Shown here piece after piece: positions 48,116 through 56,346 of a DNA stretch of 57,355 nt. The translations under genes were made by a program, and so were the position numbers. A model generated the notes under the pieces. The model searched no databases. It saw nothing but the letters and a program-made list of their open reading frames with translations, and was not told where the DNA came from. The stretch is from a virus (Duplodnaviria; Caudoviricetes), in IMG/VR virus record IMGVR_UViG_3300020411_002891, positions 1 to 57,355 of that record; one strand, given 5' to 3'. Position 1 is the first letter of the stretch, and every line of letters begins with the position of its first letter.

Positions 48116-49790
48116 GTCAGTAGTAGTCCCCTTAAATAACAACGGCTCTGTTCAGCTCACTCCCTATGAGTTTACTCAGTTTGCCGTTCGACATAAAGGC
48201 GTTCCTATTTCTTTAGTAGATCGCCCCTGGCTGCGTAGGATATATAACTGCCCAGTAACTAGGAATGGTAGTTCAGATCTACAGAGAAAGATGTTGCTCA
48301 TCTTTGGTCGTCAGTGCGAGAAGAGCACGACCATCGGAAATATGCTGATCTCTTTAGCTAACCTAAACCCATACCTACGCTTACTGTATGTAACTGCATC
48401 TAATCAGCAGATGGGTGAGTTCTCTGATGAGCGGTTGCGTGCCGTTATTGCGGATAGCCCTGCCTTACTCAATATGACTGGTTTCACTACCAAAGGCGGT
48501 AGAGAGACTCAAAACGTACAGACTAAGAGATGGCTAAACCAGTCAAAGATTGTTCTTCGTTCCGTATACCGAAGTGCTGACCGTGTTCGTGGTGTTGCTA
48601 CTGACGTTCTTGGGGTGGACGAGCTTCAGGATATCTACACTGACAGTCTTCCCGTTATTGAGGAGACCTTATTCCACTGCGAGCAACCAGACGGCCCAAT
48701 CTCTATTTACGCCGGTACGCCAAAGACTTTTGATAACCCCCTTGAGTTCTACTGGGCTAGGTTCTCTACTCAGAACGAGTGGCTGACCAAGTGTGATTCC
48801 TGTGGCAAGTGGAACACTATTGAAGAAGAGAATATCGGCCCAGTAGGGTTGATATGCACTAAGTGCAAGCACCTACTTAATCCTGTAGAGAACGGGCAGT
48901 GGGTACGATACGGAAAAGAAGATCAAGAGTGGGAGGGTTTCCGACTGCCTCAGCCGATTGTTCCTTACGCCTACCATAAAGATAGAACTATCTTTGAGCG
49001 ACACTGGACGGGGCTGCTCAATAAGCAAAAAAGGTATCCTCGCCCTAGATTTCTTAACGAGGTTATGGCCAGGTCGTATGACTCCGGTACTAAGCCAGTC
49101 ACGCTACAAGAGGTGCGTGAGTGCTGCATAGCAGGGAATCAACTTCTTAAGAGTATACCTAAGAGCCGCTCGCCGGTGATAGGGCGGAAGACTTGGGCTG
49201 GCATCGATTGGGGTACTGGGGACGCCTCGTATACAATCCTATCTATTTGGACTTACGACCAAGGCGGACGGTTCTTGCTTTTGTTTGCGAAGAAGTACGA
49301 AGGAGCCGAGTCAGACCCTGATCACTCAATACAAGACATTATTCGTATATGCCGAGGGTTTAATGTAGATCGTATTGGCTGTGACTGGGGGTTTGGGTTT
49401 TACCCCAACGCACAGCTAAAGAAGGCTTTTGGGGCTTCTAAGGTAATCTTGTACCAACACGCGGGTTCTCAGAAAGATAAGGTGCGCTGGGATAAGGCTG
49501 GCGGCAAGTTTACTACTCACCGAACACAAGTAATGCAGGACATATTTACGCTTATTAAGAAGGGTCCTGTATCTGGTGGTATTGCGTTCCCTTCTTGGGA
49601 TGAGATGGAGCCGTACGCTAATGATATTCTATCGGTTTACTCTGAGTATTCGGAAAGGCGTAGGGAGCTTGTTTTCGATCACCCAAGAAATGTTCCGGAT
49701 GACTTTCTACATACTATTGTTTACGCGTTCTTGGTGAGCCAGTTTGATCATAGAAGGCCCGACTTAAACTCACCGGGTATTAAGAGATAG
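48114..49790 (+). CDS. terL: Terminase large subunit (GpA-like) with Zn ribbon
   Basis: Walker A GRQCEKST, RVRG...Walker B VLGVDE, GTPKT, CDSC...CTKC, nuclease GIDWG and PDDFLH. GGAG SD before ATG 48114. Confidence 0.88.
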   Translation: MSVVVPLNNNGSVQLTPYEFTQFAVRHKGVPISLVDRPWLRRIYNCPVTRNGSSDLQRKMLLIFGRQCEKSTTIGNMLISLANLNPYLRLLYVTASNQQMGEFSDERLRAVIADSPALLNMTGFTTKGGRETQNVQTKRWLNQSKIVLRSVYRSADRVRGVATDVLGVDELQDIYTDSLPVIEETLFHCEQPDGPISIYAGTPKTFDNPLEFYWARFSTQNEWLTKCDSCGKWNTIEEENIGPVGLICTKCKHLLNPVENGQWVRYGKEDQEWEGFRLPQPIVPYAYHKDRTIFERHWTGLLNKQKRYPRPRFLNEVMARSYDSGTKPVTLQEVRECCIAGNQLLKSIPKSRSPVIGRKTWAGIDWGTGDASYTILSIWTYDQGGRFLLLFAKKYEGAESDPDHSIQDIIRICRGFNVDRIGCDWGFGFYPNAQLKKAFGASKVILYQHAGSQKDKVRWDKAGGKFTTHRTQVMQDIFTLIKKGPVSGGIAFPSWDEMEPYANDILSVYSEYSERRRELVFDHPRNVPDDFLHTIVYAFLVSQFDHRRPDLNSPGIKR

Positions 49791-49812
49791 CGAAAAAAGA
49801 CTTTCATATGTA

Positions 49813-49840
49813 GAGGCCCCTCCCGAATGGGAGGGGCCTC
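49813..49840. terminator. Strong hairpin between convergent genes (terminator or 3'-end stabiliser)
   Basis: Perfect 12-bp stem GAGGCCCCTCCC-gaat-GGGAGGGGCCTC. The U-tract on the minus strand is displaced by about 14 nt. Confidence 0.65.
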
Positions 49841-49857
49841 GTTGTACACGGCTTTGT

Positions 49858-50388
49858 TTAGCCGTTGGCTGCTGCACCCATTGGCACAACTTCTCCGCTG
49901 TGGAGAGCAGCGTTCTCAACCGAGAGACGCTTAGCCTTGCGGCCCCAAGTGAGGTAGCCGATAAGACCGGTACCCAGGAAGGTACCGCCAACGCTCATCC
50001 AGAATGTCTTCTTGGATGGGCGTCCGAGAGCCTCAGCAACTTGCGCTGCCTGCTCTTGTGTGAGAGTTTCGCCTGCATTGATAGTTTGAGTGTCGGCCAC
50101 GTTGGCCTCCTTTTTGTTTTGGTTTGTGGAATTAACTTCAGCTTCTGCAACGCCTTGCGCGATGCCTTTGCCCAACTGCCTACCGAACTCCTGAGGCTCA
50201 GCCAGCTGAGAGAGTACAGACTCCATGAGAATGGCTCCTGTCTTCTCGTCCAACACTTTTTGTGTCAGTGGACGAGACGCTCTCGGCTTTCGAGTTTGCC
50301 GGGGTTTGGTAGTTGATTGACCTCTGGATCGAGAAGTCGCTTTAGCCTTAGTTGGCTTTTTGGTGGAATCAGATTTGGCTGTTGCCAT
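49858..50388 (-). CDS. Hypothetical protein with basic low-complexity N-terminus and one C-terminal TM helix
   Basis: AGGAGG SD; Lys/Arg/Ser/Thr-rich first 40 aa; FWMSVGGTFLGTGLIGYLTW followed by GRKAKR. Confidence 0.7.
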   Translation of the reverse strand: MATAKSDSTKKPTKAKATSRSRGQSTTKPRQTRKPRASRPLTQKVLDEKTGAILMESVLSQLAEPQEFGRQLGKGIAQGVAEAEVNSTNQNKKEANVADTQTINAGETLTQEQAAQVAEALGRPSKKTFWMSVGGTFLGTGLIGYLTWGRKAKRLSVENAALHSGEVVPMGAAANG

Positions 50389-50400
50389 CTTTTCCCTCCT

Positions 50401-50474
50401 TTGTTTGGAATGCTAAGAGCGGATTCTCTTTTGCTTCCAAACAACTTATAGGGAAAAAGATCGGTTATTTTCAC
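50401..50474 (-). promoter_or_regulatory. Promoter-like GTGAAA-N18-TATAAG followed immediately by a long hairpin
   Basis: TTGTTTGGAA (50401-50410) pairs with TTCCAAACAA (50435-50444), with an inner AAGAG/CTCTT stem. Sits between the -10 and the SD. Confidence 0.55.
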
Positions 50475-50492
50475 TTTTGCTGATTCGCTGAT

Positions 50493-51188
50493 TTAGGCCC
50501 TTGAAGCTATGTATTTGGCGATGTAAACATCTATAAAGCCGGGTTTAATATCCAACTGTTCCCGCAATGATAGGGCTTCTTTCTTGGGGAGTCCCGTAGG
50601 TACTTTAGTAGCGGCACTTATTAGGCCTAGTAGACGATCTTTGGCTCTACACAACCTTGAGTGCAGAGTACCTAGGCCTCTTTCTGGATATGATTCGTGT
50701 TGTTCTATGTAAGGCACCATTCTGTTTATTAGATCAAATAGTGGCGACCAAGCAACTTCTCCTTTGAGGTTGCACAGAGAAAGTAGATCTTCTTCATTAA
50801 GGGACATGGTAGTGTCCGCCACTTCTGACATTCTTCGAATAGACCACCCAGGCTGGGCTAGCTCATCCAAGAACTCTTGGCGTAGGATAAGAAGCTCCGC
50901 TTCTGTGCGTTGGCGTTTTTTGCTACCAAACCCGAGGCCCAGCTTTAATACTTCTAAAGTCTCTTCTATTTTTTGCACTCTACCAATTAGTTCGGTAAGC
51001 TCTTCTCTACTGGGCAATAGCCCCTTTTTTATATTTTCGTATAGGCCATGGACATCTTCTTGAGGTATCCATACCTTTCTTCCGCTATAAACTTTTCTAA
51101 GACGATCTTCTTTCAAGTAGTTAGTTACTTGACGAGTAGATATACCTAAAAGATTAGCAACTTGATTTTTATCGTAAAAACCTTCCAT
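50493..51188 (-). CDS. Excisionase/MerR-like HTH DNA-binding protein
   Basis: YDKNQVANLLGISTRQVTNYLKEDRL....GRKVWIPQEDV at the N-terminus; start reassigned to ATG 51188. Confidence 0.8.
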   Translation of the reverse strand: MEGFYDKNQVANLLGISTRQVTNYLKEDRLRKVYSGRKVWIPQEDVHGLYENIKKGLLPSREELTELIGRVQKIEETLEVLKLGLGFGSKKRQRTEAELLILRQEFLDELAQPGWSIRRMSEVADTTMSLNEEDLLSLCNLKGEVAWSPLFDLINRMVPYIEQHESYPERGLGTLHSRLCRAKDRLLGLISAATKVPTGLPKKEALSLREQLDIKPGFIDVYIAKYIASRA

Positions 51189-51195
51189 GGAAGTA

Positions 51196-51224
51196 AAGAT
51201 AACACGCTCGGCGGGCCATTTCAC
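51196..51224 (-). promoter_or_regulatory. sigma70-like extended -10 promoter, leaderless, for the HTH gene
   Basis: GTGAAA-N17-TATCTT with TG at the extended -10 position; ATG follows 7 nt later with no SD. Confidence 0.55.
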
Positions 51225-51229
51225 GTTCG

Positions 51230-51258
51230 TTGACGTGGTATACCGGTAAGAGTACACT
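51230..51258 (+). promoter_or_regulatory. sigma70-like promoter for the head operon
   Basis: TTGACG-N17-TACACT, 10 nt before ATG 51269. Confidence 0.7.
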
Positions 51259-51268
51259 TGAGGTCATC

Positions 51269-52147
51269 ATGAATGAATTTATTGAGAAGCTCGCAAACAC
51301 ACGAAGCAGCTCCACTTCTTCCGACCACTTGCGGCTATTAGCAAAAAGAGCCGCCAGCATTTTTTCGGAAGATCAAGATAGTGGCCTTAACAATGCTATT
51401 TCCTCAGCGATTGGTGGAGAGGACTTAAACAGAGATCAAATCTCTAGAGTTACCGAGATGGCTAACCAAGAGACCTGGAAGCACTTATTTGCTGAGGGTA
51501 ACGGTGATCGCAACGCCAGCTTCTCTCCTGGAGAGAGTTCTTCTATTATTGATTCTCTTGCTACTACCCCCGATCAAGCAGCCGCCCCTATTACTGATTA
51601 TGCAGAGGATCCTCGAGGCGAGTCCATCCCAGATGACCTTGATTTAGAAAACCTCTTTGGAGTATCTAAGGATACTCCTGAGTACGAGTCTTTGAACCCG
51701 TCCCGCTCAGAAGAAGTGGCGCACGACAAGGCTGCCGCTGCCGCTGACTTAGCTCGGCACGGTATTGATGGTCTTATTAGAGAGCTTCAAGACATCAACG
51801 AGTCTTTCTACGAGCAAGTAAAGCAGGCGCACATCAGAGATGGTCATAGCATTCTTCAGATCGCTAAGTCTGTTGCTGAGGTTACTGAGCCTGCGTTTGC
51901 GGAGAATGTAATTCAAGTTGCAGCGACAAAGATGCAGGAAAACGGTATTAAGATCGATCTAGAGAAAGAGGCCAGTATTGCCTCCGCACCCTTCGTAGTA
52001 AACACAGAGCACCCATTACTCGAGACGGCAGTTGTTTTTGAGAAGATTGCGTCTTCTTATGTAAAGGCTGCGAGGACGCAAGAGAAGTTGGAAGCTCATG
52101 CTGCGGACACTGCTAAAGCCCTTAAAGATAAGATTCGGGGCGTATAG
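51269..52147 (+). CDS. Probable head core/scaffold-associated protein with K-x-A motifs
   Basis: EKLA, KQAH, EKEAS, EKIAS; acidic; first gene of the head operon. Confidence 0.55.
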   Translation: MNEFIEKLANTRSSSTSSDHLRLLAKRAASIFSEDQDSGLNNAISSAIGGEDLNRDQISRVTEMANQETWKHLFAEGNGDRNASFSPGESSSIIDSLATTPDQAAAPITDYAEDPRGESIPDDLDLENLFGVSKDTPEYESLNPSRSEEVAHDKAAAAADLARHGIDGLIRELQDINESFYEQVKQAHIRDGHSILQIAKSVAEVTEPAFAENVIQVAATKMQENGIKIDLEKEASIASAPFVVNTEHPLLETAVVFEKIASSYVKAARTQEKLEAHAADTAKALKDKIRGV

Positions 52148-53145
52148 TGACAGACGCCGAGCTACTACTTCTTTCTGCCAAAGGCTTTCGCGCCTATGAG
52201 TTGGAGAAGTCTGCGAACATAGCCGCTGGCGCAAGAGCGGGCTGGGGCGCGGTAAAGGGTTGGCTCGGTCGCACTGCTTCCAAGTCAACTGCTAAGGCTG
52301 GAGCAAAAGATGTTGCTAACGCCAACCTGCTGACTCGCTTGGGTAGGTCTGCTAAGAAAGATCCTATGGCCGCTGCAGGAGCAACGATGATGTTCCCTGT
52401 GCTTCCCGGCATAGGCAAGAATCCTTTGTATATGCCAATGACCGGAGAAGCTGGGGCAAAACACACTCAGCGAGCGGCACGCAATAAGGCTATACAAAGT
52501 TACTACCAAACAGGAAAACAAAAGAGGCACCCTATGACTCGTCTTGCTTCAGACAATAGATACGAAGGGCTTACGAAAGTTGCCTATGATGAGAGCACTC
52601 TTAGAAGAGCAGCGCAGCTAAGGCGGTCCTTAGAAAAAACTGCGGCGCCTGGTGGTATCTTCGCTAACTTAATGAAGTCTACTCCTAAGAAACTCTTTAT
52701 GCTTGGTGCAGGGCTAACTGCCGGTACAGCAGCAGCGCAGGGCGGCATGACTGCAATCCATCAGGGTATGGGCGCTATGGGCCGTGCGCTGCATAGTGCT
52801 AGAGAAACGAGTGCTTACAACAAGATGTTGAAGGCGGACCCATCACTTAGGTCTGAGCCCGAGGCGCGTAACTATTTTGGCGTAGTCCACCGTGCTAGTC
52901 CGTACATCTCTAGTGAGCCCATTATTGCAGCCGCTACCGTGCGCTCTATGATTGAGTCTCCGTTGGGTGCCCCTGACGAAAGACGTATGCAGTCTGTATT
53001 GGGTACCGAGACTGAATACCGCAAGCAGAGATACCCATGGTCGGGTGGCGGGCAAAAAGCTCCTGGCCCTAGAGATATTGCAGCCGCTGATGATATGTTA
53101 TCTGGAGCTGTACAGAACGCAGCTCAAATGGGTATGTTCACATGA
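52147..53145 (+). CDS. Basic Ala/Gly-rich protein with ELEKSA leader (putative internal/ejected protein)
   Basis: FRAYELEKSA, TKVAY, LEKTAA; hydrophobic Gly/Ala segment LFMLGAGLTAGTAAA. Confidence 0.5.
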   Translation: MTDAELLLLSAKGFRAYELEKSANIAAGARAGWGAVKGWLGRTASKSTAKAGAKDVANANLLTRLGRSAKKDPMAAAGATMMFPVLPGIGKNPLYMPMTGEAGAKHTQRAARNKAIQSYYQTGKQKRHPMTRLASDNRYEGLTKVAYDESTLRRAAQLRRSLEKTAAPGGIFANLMKSTPKKLFMLGAGLTAGTAAAQGGMTAIHQGMGAMGRALHSARETSAYNKMLKADPSLRSEPEARNYFGVVHRASPYISSEPIIAAATVRSMIESPLGAPDERRMQSVLGTETEYRKQRYPWSGGGQKAPGPRDIAAADDMLSGAVQNAAQMGMFT

Positions 53146-54707
53146 TGGATAAGATTGTCCGGTTTCAGACACACGACGACATTGGAAGGTGCTTTGCTGA
53201 GGCGCTCCATGTGCGTCCGTCTGGTACTGGGCATGAGAAGGTTGCTGGGGAGTTACACCCAGAGCTGAAGAAGTTTATTCAGACCCTTCAACCAGATCCT
53301 AGATACCAGTACGTTCTTATGACTCCAATGGGGGCATTTGAGTACTGGGGTATGAATGTAAACGGAGACGTATTCCCGGAAGCATCTTTGGCATTTGACT
53401 CTACTAAGGACAACGCAGTTTCTGTAGCAAGGGCGCTAGAAGATAAGTGGCTACGTCCCTTCGGTAAGACCATGCCTCCAGGCAACTATAAAGAGTTTGG
53501 ATACAAAACCTTTATGAACGCTCTGCGTTACCGGCATCATGTAAATAAGAACCCTGAGATAGCCTACGGTGACATTGTGTTCACTATCTGGAACCCCGCT
53601 ATGAAGAGGGTTGAGTGCATAGCTAGGCACGACCGAGAGAAGGCTAAGAGAGTTGGTGCAGAAGAAATCATCCGTGATCTAGATGAAGGTAAGCCACGTC
53701 AGATCAGTATGGGCTGTAAGGTTCCTTTTGACGTATGCACCGTATGCGGTCACGTTTCTAGAACCCCGCACGATTATTGCGAGCACCTAAAGTTTGAGAT
53801 GGGCAGCATCCGCCCAGACGGTAAGGTAGTCGGAGCAGTAAACTTCTTTCCGCGCTTTTTTGATCTATCTGATGTATTTGTGCCGGCTGCTAAAGAATCC
53901 GGCGTACTTATGAAAGTAGCTCGAGATACTTCGGTACCTTTTGAGGAAATAAAGCAGGCCGCAGTAAACAAAGTAGCGGAAATGGACAAAAAGGTTTTGC
54001 CTAACGCCGCCAGTAGAGCCATGCTTGAGGCCAATAAAGCTGAGCCCGATATCCCCAAAGATGTTTTGCGTAGGCCGGATTTTTCAGATGTTCTGTCTAC
54101 GCTTGCTATGCTCGGTATTGTTCTAAAGCCCTCTGAGTTCCAGTTTGGCATGCTGAATAGAATGGGCCATTCGTCATTAGCAGATAGATTGTTTAGAGAA
54201 CGTCGAGTATTCTCTCCGGTTAGCTACAGCGGCCCTGCATCTTTATCTGCAAATAATTACACACCCAGCATTGCGCGCTTGGTATCCTCGTTAATACCGC
54301 ACAGATCGGGATTCTATCCACATCTGCCAAAGCGTATGATTAAGATTACTGTGATTAAGAAAGCGCCGCCCAAGGAAGAAATGCGCCCAGCACCACAAGA
54401 TACAGTGTTATCTAAAGTAGCGTCGGCGTATGCTATGTATCGGAAGTCCTTGCGAAGTTTGCCTACCGCGCTAAACATTGCAGTGGAGAGTGATCCTGAG
54501 TATTATTCTCAACACTTCTTTAGTGATCTAATAGTAGACTCTATGAACAAGACCGCCTCAGTTCACGGGGCTTTTTCGGACAAACCACTCGTTTCTCAAT
54601 ATCTTTACAGCGCACATGGTGATGAGGTAATGTCACCACCAAGAACCTGGGCTGCCGAGATAGCATCTAATTCACCCGCAAAAGCCTTATTGGGCCCAGT
54701 ATTGTGA
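53142..54707 (+). CDS. Prohead (capsid maturation) protease with Zn-finger insert and C-terminal extension
   Basis: NVNGDVF, RHH (candidate catalytic His), ISMGC (candidate catalytic Ser), CTVCGH...CEH, and FFDLSDVFVPA (E/D-x-S-x-V-x-x-P-A of HK97/assemblin-type proteases). Upstream of the capsid gene. Confidence 0.8.
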   Translation: MMDKIVRFQTHDDIGRCFAEALHVRPSGTGHEKVAGELHPELKKFIQTLQPDPRYQYVLMTPMGAFEYWGMNVNGDVFPEASLAFDSTKDNAVSVARALEDKWLRPFGKTMPPGNYKEFGYKTFMNALRYRHHVNKNPEIAYGDIVFTIWNPAMKRVECIARHDREKAKRVGAEEIIRDLDEGKPRQISMGCKVPFDVCTVCGHVSRTPHDYCEHLKFEMGSIRPDGKVVGAVNFFPRFFDLSDVFVPAAKESGVLMKVARDTSVPFEEIKQAAVNKVAEMDKKVLPNAASRAMLEANKAEPDIPKDVLRRPDFSDVLSTLAMLGIVLKPSEFQFGMLNRMGHSSLADRLFRERRVFSPVSYSGPASLSANNYTPSIARLVSSLIPHRSGFYPHLPKRMIKITVIKKAPPKEEMRPAPQDTVLSKVASAYAMYRKSLRSLPTALNIAVESDPEYYSQHFFSDLIVDSMNKTASVHGAFSDKPLVSQYLYSAHGDEVMSPPRTWAAEIASNSPAKALLGPVL

Positions 54708-54714
54708 GGATCTC

Positions 54715-55158
54715 ATGGACATGAACTCTCTTCTCGAATCTCTTTACTCCAACGACGTTGCTACTCCAGACCTTGAGAAGACAGCAGAATCTGCTCTTAT
54801 CGACGGCCTAAAGGGTCCCGAAGCGCCCGTAGAAAACCCATTCATGGAAATGTCTACTGCTGACCTAATTAAGATGGCACAAGAGCTCGAGGCTCCCGTA
54901 GCCGTAGAGGAGTCAACTCCTGAAGCTACTGCTGAGGTAGAGGTTTCTGAGGAAGACGAGGCAGAGAAGATTGCTTCTGAGCAAGAGCTTGAGAAGGTGG
55001 CATTCGATATGCTGGGCGGTCAGATCATGGCCCACTCTATGATTCACGAGTTTGGCCTTATTAAAGAGGCTATGGCTCAAGGACTTTGCCGAGTATGCAA
55101 AGAGCAGGCGATGGACGTCGAAGGCTCTTCCGTATGCTCTGTATGCCTAAACGGTTAA
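54715..55158 (+). CDS. Acidic scaffold-like protein with C-terminal Zn ribbon
   Basis: EKTA, KMA, EKIAS, EKVA; CRVC...CSVC. Confidence 0.5.
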   Translation: MDMNSLLESLYSNDVATPDLEKTAESALIDGLKGPEAPVENPFMEMSTADLIKMAQELEAPVAVEESTPEATAEVEVSEEDEAEKIASEQELEKVAFDMLGGQIMAHSMIHEFGLIKEAMAQGLCRVCKEQAMDVEGSSVCSVCLNG

Positions 55159-55159
55159 A

Positions 55160-55348
55160 GTGGTTTATAACTATTTCGCAAGGGAGCTTGAAAAGATAGG
55201 TGTTGCTAATCAGCCTAAGCCCGATGACCCTAACAAGTCATGGAGAAGAGGCCCGAAACCCCCACCTTCGGTTAAGCCGGCTCCAAGTAAAGGTCCCCTT
55301 TCTAAGTCTTTTAAGACACATTCCCCAAAACCCCCAGAAGTCAAATAA
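55160..55348 (+). CDS. Small Pro/Lys-rich protein with FARELEKIG leader
   Basis: Fills an operon gap; leader matches the other small basic ORFs. Confidence 0.55.
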   Translation: MVYNYFARELEKIGVANQPKPDDPNKSWRRGPKPPPSVKPAPSKGPLSKSFKTHSPKPPEVK

Positions 55349-55359
55349 GGACACCCTAC

Positions 55360-55977
55360 ATGGCTAAGACACTGAATGAACTTATTACGGCAGCCATCTC
55401 TGGTGCCGAAGAGGACGAGGCCCGCGTAACAGCTGATCTCGAGCCTGCTGTTGAGGAGCCAGCTGTAGCAGCCAGTTCTTTTGACGGCGACGTAGAGAAG
55501 ATTGCTAGCGCTCTTGAATTTATCGGCCGTAGGGGAATTGAGTCCTTTACTAAAGTCGCAGATGCGCCAGAGAACAACGAAGGCCATCTTCGCAAGGACA
55601 CCGTAGACCTTAAGGGTAAGGGGCTTGGGGATCACAACCCAGCACTTGCCTCTAACGAGGCTGCAACCAACTTCGATAAGAAGGTGAAGGCTAAGCAAGT
55701 TTCGGACACACTGTCCGAGGCTCTTAGCCACACAGCGTTTGCGGATCCTGGACTAAAGAAGGCCGTTTCTAACGCAGCTGCTAAGGGTGATAAGAACATT
55801 CACTCTAAAGCAGCCTCTGTAAATGACACAAATGAAGATGAGCCCGAAAACGTGGTAGAGTCTACTACGGAAGAAGCAACCGAGAAGGTTGCTTCGGCTT
55901 CAGATGCTGATCTTATCAGACAAGCTCTTGCTGCTAAGATCGCAGAAGCTAAGGGAGATGATAACCATGTTAACTAA
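55360..55977 (+). CDS. Scaffold-like head protein
   Basis: Acidic and Ala-rich; EKIAS, KVAD, KAAS, EKVAS; between protease and capsid genes. Confidence 0.55.
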   Translation: MAKTLNELITAAISGAEEDEARVTADLEPAVEEPAVAASSFDGDVEKIASALEFIGRRGIESFTKVADAPENNEGHLRKDTVDLKGKGLGDHNPALASNEAATNFDKKVKAKQVSDTLSEALSHTAFADPGLKKAVSNAAAKGDKNIHSKAASVNDTNEDEPENVVESTTEEATEKVASASDADLIRQALAAKIAEAKGDDNHVN

Positions 55978-56329
55978 GATTGGAAGCGCAGAAGTAAACG
56001 CTACGCTTATCAAAGCAGCGGAAGCGATCCGCGATCTTAATGCAGATAACGAACGTCTACGCGCTGAAATTAATGAATATGTAAGAAAAGGTCACGCGGA
56101 GAAGATCGCTTCGTCCGCAGTAGAACGTGGCATTATGGACGTAGAAGAAGCAGATGAGTATGCTCGTGGTTTAGCGAGTGGTAGCACAGATTTAGATATG
56201 GTTGAAGAGTTTGTCTCCCGTACAGTTGCGGGAGTACCCCTTGGATCTGCAGTTAAAACTGCATCCGCAGACGTATCTGAGGTAGACTCGGATGTGTTGA
56301 CGTCTTTCTTGTTAACTAACGACATTTAA
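55967..56329 (+). CDS. Scaffold-like coiled-coil head protein
   Basis: Start reassigned to ATG 55967 (GGAG SD); TKIGS, EKIAS, KTAS. Confidence 0.55.
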   Translation: MLTKIGSAEVNATLIKAAEAIRDLNADNERLRAEINEYVRKGHAEKIASSAVERGIMDVEEADEYARGLASGSTDLDMVEEFVSRTVAGVPLGSAVKTASADVSEVDSDVLTSFLLTNDI

Positions 56330-56346
56330 TTCCCTGGAGGAACATT

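Noticed and set aside
17133-49790. Inteins or introns in polA, helicase, RNAP or terL
   Set aside because: Conserved motifs are collinear, with no large insertions or intein termini seen.
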